A stretch of 64,000 bases of DNA from an uncultured delta proteobacterium (GTDB taxonomy: Bacteria; Desulfobacterota; Desulfobacteria; Desulfobacterales; JAHEIW01). Each line of letters begins with the position of its first letter. Position 1 is the first letter of the stretch. The translations under genes and the position numbers were made by a program. Positions 9,155 to 19,294 of this stretch are shown piece by piece. The stretch lies in contig CAVPNL010000015.1 in the NCBI GenBank assembly GCA_963706575.1, positions 448,001-512,000 of the forward strand, written 5' to 3'. The notes under the pieces are model-generated. The model made no database searches and was not told where the DNA came from. It worked only from the letters and a program-made list of their open reading frames with translations.

Positions 9155-10540
9155 TTAGCCCTGATCTTTTAACAAAAGCAGCGAAAAAACCTTTAAATCC
9201 TGTTCGTTCTCCAAAGATTTTACCCTTTCTATTATTTCGTTTTGTTTTACTTCAAAAAAAACCGGTGAAACCAGATTTCTGAATTTATCGATTAGCTCAT
9301 CCCATGTCAGCGAGTTCTCAGGGTCACCTTTTGGATAATCGATTCTGGTCGAATAGGTTTTTCCATCTTTTGTCAACAGGGTTACAGCGGCCGGCCACTT
9401 CTTCGGAAATTCCTTTTCCAGTTCAGGATCCTCTACACAGGAAATTTTTCCCATCAACTTCCTAACCCGGGCTGAATTGATACTTTCCAGCGTGTATTCA
9501 TCCAGCGTCGCCTTTCCATACAAAATGGCCACTGCAGCGCCAAAGGGCATGCTAAACTGGGCATCAACAACTGACTTTGGATTGGATTTCTGTTCTTCCG
9601 GCACTGCGATGAGGGCAAAGCCAGCTTTAAGGATTCCTATAATTACTTTTTCAATCTGAGAGGCATCTATATTATTTTCGCGCACAATCTTCAATATGCC
9701 GTCAATCGGGCCCTGCTTATATCGGCAGCAGGCGTGCGGCTTAATACTGGTACGCAATACCTCCCAGGGATCTCCCCAATCCTGCAAGACTTTGCCGGAT
9801 TTTGAACCGGATGAATAGGCATGCAAAAATCCAAACCTGCCCTCTATAATTGTGCCGGGTCCGGTAAAATTTTCGCGCGCGAGCAAAGCCGCAATTATAC
9901 CGCTATGCGCGGCCCAGCCGGGGTGCAGTCGTTTGGTAAAGGCTCCGTCAGATAAAAATTCCATAGATCCCGCCGCCTGACTGCCGGCGATGCCTAAGGC
10001 ATTGATCATTGCTTTTTGATCGAGTTTAAGTATTTTTGCTGCGGTGATGGCAGCTCCCATTGTTCCGCAGGTTCCGGTGGGATGAAAGCCCCGAGCATAA
10101 TGCGCTGCCGGATCCAGCGCCACCCCCAGTTTGATCATCACTTCGTAACCCGTGGCTATGGCTGCAATTAATTCTTTAGCGGAACAACCGGCAAGATGCG
10201 CTGCGGCCAAAGCCGCCGGCATGATCGCTACCGCCGGATGGAGTGAAGCTTCATTAACGACATCATCCAACTCCAGAGAATGTGCGGCTGTGCCGTTGGC
10301 CATGGCTGCATAAGATGGACTGGCCTTAAGATGGGTCCCGATGACAACCGCACCATCCCGGGCTTCATCAAAATTTAAGATATACTTTTGAAGCGGGCCG
10401 CTGGATTCGCTCAAGGCACCCCGCGCCGCAACCCCGATGAAGTCAAGAACAAGGTATTTAACACGATCAACGACATCGTCTGTTAATGCATCGTAATTGA
10501 GGTCATGACACCTTTGAACCAAATCTTTTGTTACTTCCAT
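9155..10540 (-). CDS. MmgE/PrpD family protein
   Basis: NGTAAHSLELDD...LHP, GFHPTG, KPHACCR, AQFSMPF, YPKGDP. Confidence 0.9.
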   Translation of the reverse strand: MEVTKDLVQRCHDLNYDALTDDVVDRVKYLVLDFIGVAARGALSESSGPLQKYILNFDEARDGAVVIGTHLKASPSYAAMANGTAAHSLELDDVVNEASLHPAVAIMPAALAAAHLAGCSAKELIAAIATGYEVMIKLGVALDPAAHYARGFHPTGTCGTMGAAITAAKILKLDQKAMINALGIAGSQAAGSMEFLSDGAFTKRLHPGWAAHSGIIAALLARENFTGPGTIIEGRFGFLHAYSSGSKSGKVLQDWGDPWEVLRTSIKPHACCRYKQGPIDGILKIVRENNIDASQIEKVIIGILKAGFALIAVPEEQKSNPKSVVDAQFSMPFGAAVAILYGKATLDEYTLESINSARVRKLMGKISCVEDPELEKEFPKKWPAAVTLLTKDGKTYSTRIDYPKGDPENSLTWDELIDKFRNLVSPVFFEVKQNEIIERVKSLENEQDLKVFSLLLLKDQG

Positions 10541-10618
10541 TTTAAATTCCAATCTTTGGTTAAAAAGTAATCACCAAAAGACGAAAGCACGAAATTATCC
10601 TTTCTTTTTCCGGGTTTC

Positions 10619-10999
10619 TTAATCGTAAACGGCGACCTCAATCAAATTCTGATCCGGATCCCGAATGTAAATTGAGGTCATCGGACCCATGGCACCGGTT
10701 CTTTCTACGGGTCCCTCAATAATTTTTACACCGCAGAGGTCCAAATGGCTCATGATTTTCATAAGGGAATCACGGGCCACAAGGCAAAGATCGGCGGAAC
10801 CCGGGGTTGGGCGTAACGCTTTGGGATCAAACTCTTTCCCGGATTCATGAAAGTTGATTTTCTGGTTGCCAAAGACGACGGCTTTACGCCCGTTTTGAAA
10901 AGCAACCGCCTTCATTCCCAGGACCTTTGTATAAAAAGCGCAACTGGCTTTAATATTCTGAACGGTTAAAACCAGATGATCGATACGCTCTATTTTCAT
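10619..10999 (-). CDS. VOC/glyoxalase family protein
   Basis: IDHLVLTV, QKINFH, PTPGSADLC, GPVERTGA, YIRDPDQNLIE. Confidence 0.9.
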   Translation of the reverse strand: MKIERIDHLVLTVQNIKASCAFYTKVLGMKAVAFQNGRKAVVFGNQKINFHESGKEFDPKALRPTPGSADLCLVARDSLMKIMSHLDLCGVKIIEGPVERTGAMGPMTSIYIRDPDQNLIEVAVYD

Positions 11000-11055
11000 G
11001 AGGAGCCCCTTGGTGTCATAAAATTAGACGCTTCATCCCGCGAAGCGGGGCAAAA

Positions 11056-11796
11056 TTAACTTTCGTCAATGATCCGTCCTTCTTTGGCCAAGGCAATAAA
11101 ATGGGCCACATCGATTTCTTTGGGGCAAACAAAGGAACATGCCCGGGAGGAATGACACCGATAAACCCCCTGGTCGCTGTACAATATTTTCAACCGCTCG
11201 GCTTTTTCCTGCTCACGTGGGTCCATTACGCGCACGATGCTTGCCAGCATCGCATTGGGTCCCAGAAAATTATGGTGACTGCTGATACAGGCCGAGGCAC
11301 AACAAAAACAATTGATACAGCGGGTGGCATTGACATAATGTTCCAATCTCTGAGGCATTATCGGATACGCATCCTGCTCTGATGACGGAGAGCCGGGCTC
11401 GATAACATAAGGTTGAACCCGGTCTATTCTTTCATAGGCACGGGTAAAATCCACCACCAGGTCACGCACCACCGGGGCCACATTCAGCGGTTCAATCGTG
11501 AAGGTGTCGGTTTTAAAGTATTGGACCGCGTTTTCGACAAGAAGTTCACAGGCCAACAGCGGTTTCCCATTGACTTTGACCGAACACGTTCCACACTGGC
11601 CATGTTCGCAGGAGGAGTTCCAGGCCAGAGTCGGATCCTGCTCATCGTTTATTTTGCGAAAGAGATCCACAAACCGCAGGATTCGACCGGCTTCTAAATG
11701 ATAGGCTTGAACCCAGGATCGTTTCTCCTCCGGATCGTAGCGCTGAATCTTCAGCGTAAGCTTATAAACTTGCGAGTGAGCGTTTTCTTTACTCAT
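11056..11796 (-). CDS. succinate dehydrogenase/fumarate reductase-like iron-sulfur subunit
   Basis: SCEHGQCGTC...C, CINCFCCASAC and CHSSRACSFVCP cluster motifs. Confidence 0.9.
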   Translation of the reverse strand: MSKENAHSQVYKLTLKIQRYDPEEKRSWVQAYHLEAGRILRFVDLFRKINDEQDPTLAWNSSCEHGQCGTCSVKVNGKPLLACELLVENAVQYFKTDTFTIEPLNVAPVVRDLVVDFTRAYERIDRVQPYVIEPGSPSSEQDAYPIMPQRLEHYVNATRCINCFCCASACISSHHNFLGPNAMLASIVRVMDPREQEKAERLKILYSDQGVYRCHSSRACSFVCPKEIDVAHFIALAKEGRIIDES

Positions 11797-11827
11797 AAAA
11801 GCGAACTTCCTATTCCGGTGATAGATT

Positions 11828-11912
11828 TCACGCAAAGCCGCTAAGCCCGCAAAGAAAAGCGATTAAAAATAAACAGATTTAATATGCTTTGCGACTTTGC
11901 GACTTTGCGTGA
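11828..11912. repeat. intergenic palindrome built of CGCAAAG/CTTTGCG units
   Basis: tcacgcaaagccgctaagcccgcaaag ... ctttgcgactttgcgactttgcgtga. Confidence 0.7.
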
Positions 11913-11941
11913 GGCTAATTCGAGCTTTGTTTCAGCATAAT

Positions 11942-13738
11942 TCAGTATCTGCGCTCTATAATTCCAAACTTCTCTGCAAACTCCCCGCCTTCTTCTAAAA
12001 TACTCATATCCACATTGCACTTGCTGATTTCAACTTTACCGAACTGCTTCATGGATACGAGCGTATGATGGTTAAAGGTATCGCTTCTTTCGGGAAAATC
12101 TTCGCGAAAATGAGCACCACGGGATTCTTTTCTATTCAGCGCGGCCTGAGCAACGGCCATGGAAACCGTTAGAAGGTTGTCCAGTTCCCAATGCTGAACC
12201 AGTTCCTGATTCATGCGCAGACTCTGGCTGGATAACGCCGTCTGATCGGCACGCTCTTTTAATTCATTTAAAATATCGATTGCCTTGGCAAGCCCTTCTG
12301 CGGTTCTAAAAACACCGACATTTGCGGTCATCATCGTGCACAGGGCATCGCGGATATGCCCGATGTTGTCCTTTCCCTTTGCTTCGAAGTAGCCTTTAAA
12401 TTGCGAAACAGAATGACGGCTCTCGGCTTGCGGGATTTTTTCAGACAGCTGGGTTAGATACGCCAAGATGCTGTTACCGACGAATTTGCCCATGGTAATC
12501 AGCTCTAATAAGGAATTGGTGCCCAGTCGGTTAAAACCATGAAAGCTGGCTGCTGCACATTCACCGATGGCATACAATCCCGCAATGCTTTGCCCGTTGA
12601 TGTCCTGCACTTCACCATATTCACTGGTGGGAATACCGCCCATGTGGTAGTGATTGCTCGGATGCACCGGGCAAAGCCTCTTTTTCGGATCAAGGTTCAG
12701 GTATTTTTTAAAAAAGCCGCTTACCTCTGGAATCTGCTGGTCATGGACCGCATCCGGCAGGTGTCTTAAGTCGATCCAAATATGTTCAACATTATGGTCG
12801 GGGTTCAATATGCCTCTTCCCTCACGAATTTCAGAGGCAATCGCCCGCGACACCAAATCCCGGGGCGCCAGTTCCTTCATTTTGGGTGCATAGCGCTCCA
12901 TAAAAGCGTGCTCATCCCTGTTGCGCAGAATACCTCCCACCGACCGCAGGGTTTCACTGGCCAGAATACCGGGGCCTACAATTCCGGTGGGATGAAACTG
13001 GACGGCCTCTGGATCCATCACGGGCAGCCCGGCCTGGAGAGTAAGCGCCAGACCGTCTCCTGTATTTTGGCGACAATTGGTTGTGACCTTGAAAATCTGG
13101 CCGCTTCCCCCGGTGGCTAAAACGGTGGCCTTTGCTAGAATCCGGATGAATTCGCCTTCTTTTTGTTTGAAAACAATGCAACCCACACACTGGCGGTCAT
13201 TAAAGAGAAGCTCAGTGGCAATACCCTGATTGATAAAGGAAATGTTTCGCTTCAAAGATTCCCCCCAGCAGGTATCCATAATTCCTTTGCCGGTACGATC
13301 GGCCTCAAAAACGGCCCGATAGGCCGAAGATTGCCCAAAATTGACGGTATGGCCGCCAAAAGTTCGTTTAGCGGGCGTCCCATCAGTATCACGGCTAAAA
13401 TGCATTCCTTTATTTTCCAGCCATACAATCTGCTCCCAGGCGGCATTGCAAATTTTGCGGATAATGTTCTGATCGGCGGTACAATCGGATCCTTTCCAGG
13501 TGTCGAACATGTGATAAACGGGTTTGTCCGTCGGATCCTTTGGATCGACGGCGGCCAGCCCACCCTGAGCGGTTGAGGTGTGTGATTTTTGAGGATGAGC
13601 ACTTTTGGTTATTGCAATGATCCGGGTTTGTGGCCTTTTATCGAATACCTCAGCCGCACAGCGCAACCCGGCACCGCCGGCACCAACAATAAGCAGGTCG
13701 CATTCAATTGTTGAGTTTATTCTCAGTGCTTTATTCAA
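11942..13738 (-). CDS. succinate dehydrogenase/fumarate reductase-like flavoprotein subunit
   Basis: GAGGAG, SHTSTAQGG, QFHPT, ELAPRD, HYHMGG, ESRGAH; start TTG 13738 or GTG 13744 (the upstream ORF extension is repeat-derived). Confidence 0.9.
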   Translation of the reverse strand: MNKALRINSTIECDLLIVGAGGAGLRCAAEVFDKRPQTRIIAITKSAHPQKSHTSTAQGGLAAVDPKDPTDKPVYHMFDTWKGSDCTADQNIIRKICNAAWEQIVWLENKGMHFSRDTDGTPAKRTFGGHTVNFGQSSAYRAVFEADRTGKGIMDTCWGESLKRNISFINQGIATELLFNDRQCVGCIVFKQKEGEFIRILAKATVLATGGSGQIFKVTTNCRQNTGDGLALTLQAGLPVMDPEAVQFHPTGIVGPGILASETLRSVGGILRNRDEHAFMERYAPKMKELAPRDLVSRAIASEIREGRGILNPDHNVEHIWIDLRHLPDAVHDQQIPEVSGFFKKYLNLDPKKRLCPVHPSNHYHMGGIPTSEYGEVQDINGQSIAGLYAIGECAAASFHGFNRLGTNSLLELITMGKFVGNSILAYLTQLSEKIPQAESRHSVSQFKGYFEAKGKDNIGHIRDALCTMMTANVGVFRTAEGLAKAIDILNELKERADQTALSSQSLRMNQELVQHWELDNLLTVSMAVAQAALNRKESRGAHFREDFPERSDTFNHHTLVSMKQFGKVEISKCNVDMSILEEGGEFAEKFGIIERRY

Positions 13739-13760
13739 AGTCACGTCCCTGGGGCACTTA

Positions 13761-13858
13761 GGATTTCGGATTGCAGATTGCGGATTGCGGATTTTGAATA
13801 CGCGATATGTTTGATATTGCAATCTGCAATCTGCAATCCGCAATCTAAAATCCGCAAT
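13761..13858. repeat. inverted arrays of heptamer GGATTGC/GCAATCC
   Basis: about 5 GGATTGC-like units facing about 6 GCAATCY-like units. Confidence 0.8.
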
Positions 13859-13896
13859 TGATTTTACTCCAATGCTCCAAAATTAATTGATGCGCA

Positions 13897-14724
13897 TTAT
13901 ATCATCAGGGTCAGTCTGATGCCGACCCAACCAAAAACAACCATCACCAAAAAAATTAAACCGGTCAAGCCTGTCTGCAGCAGCCCGGACTTCAGGTAAT
14001 CCCTGATGATGGCCGTTAAACCATATCCGGCGTGATACAACCCAATGATCACCAGCGTCAGGTCGATAAATTTAATAAAAATGCTTTGCATTCTAGCAAT
14101 CACAACGCCAGCTTCGTGGCCAACTGCGGGTTGAAGATGCATAAAAAGAAGATGGGCTGGAATCATGACGATCAAATATGCGCCGCTGATACGCTGAAAC
14201 TTCCAGGTAATCGAAGCCGCGATATTCCAAACTTTGGCGGCTACCAGATAGCAGGGGAGGATGCCGAGAATAAAAATGATTAACCAAAAAAATATCGGCG
14301 ATACCGTCTGATTCCCCATGACCATCAACAGTCCGAGCAATGAAAAATAAATAGCGGAAAGTCCCAGCACCCAGCGAATCATAGATTCATCATTACGAAT
14401 CCCGAAGATTTCATAAAGGATCAACCGGCCGCCATTGAGGGCGTGGAAGATTACCGGCGCAGCCAACAGCCACTCCAGAAAAGAAAAAGGAAAAAAACTG
14501 AAGAGTTTCATTTTCGCATCAAAGGCATCAGGTGTGGCCAGAAAAGAAAGCGTGTAAATGTGGATCCCGATATAAAGTACCATGAGCAGGCCGCTGATTC
14601 GATGCGTCCAGGCAATCACAAAGGGCCAGCCCCGTGTTTTGGCGTAAAATGATACCACGGGCACATTTTCAAGCCCTGAAAGAATCCGTTTCACAAGCGA
14701 TGTTTTAGAAAAATAGGCAATCAT
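13897..14724 (-). CDS. succinate dehydrogenase cytochrome b anchor, SdhC+SdhD-like fusion
   Basis: two repeats: HRISG...IH...FHALNG.R and QRISG...AH...YHAGYG...IIRDY. Confidence 0.8.
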   Translation of the reverse strand: MIAYFSKTSLVKRILSGLENVPVVSFYAKTRGWPFVIAWTHRISGLLMVLYIGIHIYTLSFLATPDAFDAKMKLFSFFPFSFLEWLLAAPVIFHALNGGRLILYEIFGIRNDESMIRWVLGLSAIYFSLLGLLMVMGNQTVSPIFFWLIIFILGILPCYLVAAKVWNIAASITWKFQRISGAYLIVMIPAHLLFMHLQPAVGHEAGVVIARMQSIFIKFIDLTLVIIGLYHAGYGLTAIIRDYLKSGLLQTGLTGLIFLVMVVFGWVGIRLTLMI

Positions 14725-14728
14725 TCCG

Positions 14729-15478
14729 CTAGCTTCTGTCTTCAGTCATCTGGCGACTATCTTCTGTCTTCCGGCTACGATTGTCTTGCTCATCCAAATA
14801 GGCTAAAAAAGACCGGTGAGCCACCTGGATATGCTCTTGCACCAAATTTCCGATCACCTGTTGATCTGCGTCTTGTTTCCTGAAATGAGCAAAAATCTTT
14901 TGATGCACATCTAGCGATCTAAATAAGTCTTCCTTGTAATATTGGTATGAAAACCGATACCACAAACTGTGCATTCTCAATGTTTTCAATACGTTTATGA
15001 GGAGGTCATTGGTCGAAGCCTCTATAAAAATGTCGTGAAATTCAATGTGATTTCTCCAATACGCCTTCGTGTCATTTTTCTTTACCGCCGTTGCCATTTC
15101 ATCCAGCACATGCGACATGGCTTCAAGGGCGTTTTCCGTCATTTTTTGATAGGCTTCCTGGGCTGCCAGACCTTCAAGCACGGCCCTGACCGGAAAATTT
15201 TCTTCAATATCTTTGCGCGTGATGCGTTTAACAAATGTGCCTCTCCTGGGGATAATGACCACCAGACCTTTCTTTTCGAGATCGCGAAACGCCTCGCGCA
15301 GCGGGGACCGGCTGATACCGAACTGCTTCTGCAATTCAGCCTCCACGAGCTGGTCGCCGCCTTTCAGAACGCCCTCCAATATCGCTTCTGTCAGGATACG
15401 CGAAACCTGTTCCCCGAGCACATGGGGCTGGAAATTTAGGTTTTTAATTTTCCCGTTAAGTTTTTCTGATTCCATCAA
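14729..15478 (-). CDS. GntR family regulator (FCD domain)
   Basis: wHTH GISRSPLREAFRDLEKKGLV...PRRGTFV; FCD His residues. Confidence 0.9.
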   Translation of the reverse strand: MMESEKLNGKIKNLNFQPHVLGEQVSRILTEAILEGVLKGGDQLVEAELQKQFGISRSPLREAFRDLEKKGLVVIIPRRGTFVKRITRKDIEENFPVRAVLEGLAAQEAYQKMTENALEAMSHVLDEMATAVKKNDTKAYWRNHIEFHDIFIEASTNDLLINVLKTLRMHSLWYRFSYQYYKEDLFRSLDVHQKIFAHFRKQDADQQVIGNLVQEHIQVAHRSFLAYLDEQDNRSRKTEDSRQMTEDRS

Positions 15479-15579
15479 ATGAAGTAATAATTATTTTGTT
15501 AATTGCCATATTTTAATCATTCTTTGTGTTCTTCGTGATCTTCGTGGTTAATTCCGTTTTGTTTGCAAACCCGTTTAGA

Positions 15580-15798
15580 TTATTCTTCATAAAGCTTATG
15601 AATCGTAATGGCTCCTTGAGGAAATGACTCGACACAGAGCATACACAAGGTGCATTCATCCTCATTTTCTGGGACCACCACCGGCCGATTGCCCTCCATT
15701 TTAAAAATATTCACCGGGCATACCTGAACCCACTCGGCAATTTTCTTGCTGCCGGCACACTTGGACATATTGATTTCTACCTTGATAAATTCACCCAT
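15580..15798 (-). CDS. small 4Fe-4S ferredoxin
   Basis: VCP + CTLCMLC; second cluster motif degenerate. Confidence 0.75.
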   Translation of the reverse strand: MGEFIKVEINMSKCAGSKKIAEWVQVCPVNIFKMEGNRPVVVPENEDECTLCMLCVESFPQGAITIHKLYEE

Positions 15799-15955
15799 AT
15801 TCAATCACTTCCTAATACCCAACAGGTCGGGATTGCTGATCCTTATCCGCTCAGGCGGATTATAGCATCTGCCCGATAGCGGGATCTTACGAGCGGCAAT
15901 CCTCCAAAGGCGGATAAACCCCGACAATCGCTCAGTTTAGGTAATAAATATTCAG

Positions 15956-16840
15956 TTAAGATATTTTGGTTGCTATATTTAAAATCCTCTTTGCCCGCTC
16001 CACCACCGGGCGGTCAACAAATTTGCCTTCCAGTTGGAATACGCCGCTGCCGCCGGCTTCAGCCTCATCAAAGGCTTGAATCACTTTTTGGGCATATTGG
16101 ATTTCTTTTTTTGATGGCGAAAACAGTCGGTTACAAATATCGATCTGGTTGGGGTGAATACACAGCTTGCCCTGAAATCCAAGCAGGCAGGCGCGTTTAA
16201 TGTCGGCTTCTAGCGCTTCAAGGTCCTTGAGATCAATCATAAATGGTGTGTCCAGGGGCGGCTCCACACCCGCGGCCCGGCAGGCAACCGCAATCCGCGC
16301 ACGCGGGTAAAAAAGCTCTTCTCCGGATTTGGTGATTTCAAATCCCATATCCAGGGTAAAATCGGCTGCACCAAAAGCAACCGTGAAGAGTCTTTCCGGA
16401 TCGGTTCTTTGCGAAACGATTTGGAAAATGTTTTCAACGGCCAGAGCCGATTCAATCAACGGCATAATTGAAACGCTCCCCGGCTGCAGACCGATGTTTT
16501 CCTCCACTTTTAGCAATTCACGATTGATTTCCAGGACCTGGGCCGCCGTCTCGACTTTTGGAATCATGATGCAGGAAAGCCCCTCGATCACCACCGCATT
16601 CAGGTCGTCCTGAAAAAATTCCGTATCCAAAGCATTAATCCGTACTAAGACCGGCCGCTTTCGATAATTCAGAAGCTTTTCGCGAACAACAGGCCGGGTT
16701 TCTTTTTTTTGTGAGTAGGGTACGGCATCTTCCAGATCGATGATGACCACATCGGCGGCGGTATTGACGGCTTTGTCGACTCGGTCCGGCCGGTTGCCCG
16801 GAACAAAAAGGGCCGTTCGTATAAATTCAAATGCTTGCAT
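15956..16840 (-). CDS. CitE/HpcH family CoA-ester lyase (citryl-/malyl-/citramalyl-CoA lyase-like)
   Basis: RTALFVPG, IDLEDAV, VRIN, IPKVE, LIES, FGAADF, GKLCIHPNQ. Confidence 0.9.
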   Translation of the reverse strand: MQAFEFIRTALFVPGNRPDRVDKAVNTAADVVIIDLEDAVPYSQKKETRPVVREKLLNYRKRPVLVRINALDTEFFQDDLNAVVIEGLSCIMIPKVETAAQVLEINRELLKVEENIGLQPGSVSIMPLIESALAVENIFQIVSQRTDPERLFTVAFGAADFTLDMGFEITKSGEELFYPRARIAVACRAAGVEPPLDTPFMIDLKDLEALEADIKRACLLGFQGKLCIHPNQIDICNRLFSPSKKEIQYAQKVIQAFDEAEAGGSGVFQLEGKFVDRPVVERAKRILNIATKIS

Positions 16841-17734
16841 TTAGAGATATTCCTTTGTAATTTTCACGATATCGGAAAACGATTCTGCCACCCGGATGCC
16901 GACCTTCTGAAACATGGCGATTTTTCCTGTAGTTGTCCCGCGGTCACCTTCAACAATAGTGGCCGCGTGACCGAAGCGCACGCCCGGCATGCCATCAACA
17001 AATCGGCCGGCAATAAAGGCGATGATGGGCAGCGTAATATTTTCAGCGATTACGCGTTCGGCAAGCGTTTCCTCAATAATTCCACCCGGCTCACAAAAAA
17101 GCACAACGGCTTTTGTTTCTGGGTCCTTTGCAAACAAAGGGATTAAATCCAAAAAATTTGAGCCGACCACGGGATCGCCGCCAACGCCGATACAGGTGCT
17201 CTGGCCGATACCGTTGGTCGTCAGCAAATTTGCAATCTCGGTCGTCATGCCGCCACTTCGGGAAGCAATTCCTACCGGGCCCGGCATATAGGCTTTGTTG
17301 ACATCCTCCACCGGCCCACCCGCCATACCCAGTTTAAGAATTTGAGGCGAAATTAATCCCAGGGTATTGGGCCCGATGACACGCACGTCTTTTTCGCGGG
17401 CGGCTTCCAAAAATGCCAATGTATCTTTTCTGGGAACCCGCTCGGAAACAACCACCAAAAGACCGATACCATTGTCCAGGGCTTCCAAAACAGCCCCTTT
17501 GACAAGGGCCGGCGGTACGGAAATAACGGAAGCTTCAGCCGGATGATCTTTTAATGCCTGACGAACCGTATCATAGACCGGTATCCCGTGGACTTGCTGG
17601 CCTTTTTTTCCCGGCGTAACACCGGCCACCACACGGGTTCCGTAATCAACCATGTCTTTTGTAAAAGTGGCTGCCTCACGCCCGGTTATGCCCTGTATGA
17701 TGACTCTGGTATTTTGATCAGCTAATATCGCCAT
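16841..17734 (-). CDS. succinyl-CoA synthetase alpha-like subunit
   Basis: QGITG, GVTPGKKG, IGPNTLG, SRSGG, GVGGDP, FGHAA (phospho-His). Confidence 0.9.
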   Translation of the reverse strand: MAILADQNTRVIIQGITGREAATFTKDMVDYGTRVVAGVTPGKKGQQVHGIPVYDTVRQALKDHPAEASVISVPPALVKGAVLEALDNGIGLLVVVSERVPRKDTLAFLEAAREKDVRVIGPNTLGLISPQILKLGMAGGPVEDVNKAYMPGPVGIASRSGGMTTEIANLLTTNGIGQSTCIGVGGDPVVGSNFLDLIPLFAKDPETKAVVLFCEPGGIIEETLAERVIAENITLPIIAFIAGRFVDGMPGVRFGHAATIVEGDRGTTTGKIAMFQKVGIRVAESFSDIVKITKEYL

Positions 17735-17772
17735 CTTTATCCCTTTTTAAAGTATTTTAAATGCGCAGGAAA

Positions 17773-18957
17773 TTAAAGCTTTGATTTTTCGACTGCAATC
17801 CGAGCGGCATCATCAATGGATATCGTACGGTCACAATATGTGACGCCGTATTTGTTCAGGATCTTGAAACCTTCTTCTTCCCAGGCACCGGGGATGCGAA
17901 AAACGGCCACGGTTTCAGAAGGTACTTTCCCGGCTTCCAGAATGCCCTTAATGATTCCGCGGGCGACCAGATCAACCCGGGTGTTGCTCACCACATTCAT
18001 GATGATCGCAATTGTTTGAACATTGGGCTTTGAAAGAATCAACTTTGTCAACTCGGCAACCTTTTGAACCGACGGATTGCCTCCGATTTCACAATAATTT
18101 GCCGGCACCCCTCCATGGGCACGAACCGCATCAAAAGCAGTCAATGAAGCCCCCCCGCCACCGATGATCAAACCCATGGTGCCATCGAACTCGATCATGC
18201 GGCCGGCCACGCCTCGATGGTCGATCTGATCGATCTCTGCGGCTTTACGTTCAAATTCAGTAACATTACGAGAAGCTTTGAACCGGCTGTGATCCTCCCC
18301 CAGTTGAACGAACTCCTTGTGTCGAAAAGTGGCATCATCATCAATTTCAAGATGGCAATCCAGTGCAATCAACCGGCCATCGCCGGTTCGTGCCAGCGGA
18401 TTGATCTCAGCCAGTGTTGCGTCATAATCAATAAAAATTTCTGCCAATTTCGAAAGGATTGCAGCCAGGCCCAGCAGTTGTTTGCCGGTAACACCGGTTT
18501 CAGAAATAATTTCTCGGGCCCGGTACTGTGGCAGTCCGGATCGCAAAGAAAAGGTTTCTTGAGATACCTTACCCGGTGTACTGGCAGCGATACCCTCGAC
18601 GTCCACTCCTCCCTCTTTGGAAAAAATGGCAAGCGGCGCCTTTGTGACGGTATCGTAAGTAACGGCCATGAAAAATTCCTCTTCGACCGCCAGTTTCTCT
18701 TCAATCAGGATCTTATTGGCTTGATAACCTTTCAGTGGTGTGGCGAGCAGATGTTGCATATGGATTTTAGCATCATCGTATGTTGCCGCCGTTAGAATTC
18801 CACCGGATTTGGCCCGGCCACCGATGGGAATCTGGGCTTTTAGCATGGCCGGATATTTGATATCCAGCGGATCATCTTTTGAAACGACAACACCGGTGGG
18901 TGTTGTAATTTTGTATTTCCTTAAAATTTCTTTAGATTCAAATTCCAGTAGTCTCAT
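17773..18957 (-). CDS. succinyl-CoA synthetase beta-like subunit (divergent)
   Basis: LLEFESK, KAQ...GGRAKSGG, EINPL; GGGGAS replaces NGAG; GGAGGG RBS before ATG 18957. Confidence 0.85.
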   Translation of the reverse strand: MRLLEFESKEILRKYKITTPTGVVVSKDDPLDIKYPAMLKAQIPIGGRAKSGGILTAATYDDAKIHMQHLLATPLKGYQANKILIEEKLAVEEEFFMAVTYDTVTKAPLAIFSKEGGVDVEGIAASTPGKVSQETFSLRSGLPQYRAREIISETGVTGKQLLGLAAILSKLAEIFIDYDATLAEINPLARTGDGRLIALDCHLEIDDDATFRHKEFVQLGEDHSRFKASRNVTEFERKAAEIDQIDHRGVAGRMIEFDGTMGLIIGGGGASLTAFDAVRAHGGVPANYCEIGGNPSVQKVAELTKLILSKPNVQTIAIIMNVVSNTRVDLVARGIIKGILEAGKVPSETVAVFRIPGAWEEEGFKILNKYGVTYCDRTISIDDAARIAVEKSKL

Positions 18958-18971
18958 CAGCCCTCCATTTG

Positions 18972-19012
18972 GTCGATTGTCGACTATTTGCATATTGGTT
19001 GATTGGTGTCAA
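18972..19012 (-). promoter_or_regulatory. sigma70-type promoter with candidate GntR operator
   Basis: TTGACA on minus strand at 19007-19012; near-palindrome GTCGATTGTCGAC at 18972-18984. Confidence 0.4.
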
Positions 19013-19294
19013 GAAAAATAAGCCGGATGAAAGCGCTTAGCGCCCGTCCGTCACCGGCATGTCTGGGGAGACGGATGTCTACTTTTATTCAACTTGACTT
19101 TCCCACTATTTTACTGATATTCAACCCCTGTTTGAGTGAAAATTTTTAATAATAACCAATAGATTCCGGATTGTTTGATGGGTAGATCGGCTATGATTCA
19201 AACGTATTAAATGCCCCGCTTCTTTGAACGAGAGCGGGGTTTTATTTTGAAAAGGGGAACAGGCCGATTAGTTAACTTATTAAAATAAGGAGGT

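Noticed and set aside
13745..13843. N-terminal extension MRIADCRLQ...IRNPQSAIRNPK of the flavoprotein
   Set aside because: It is the translation of the heptamer repeat arrays, not a plausible protein domain.
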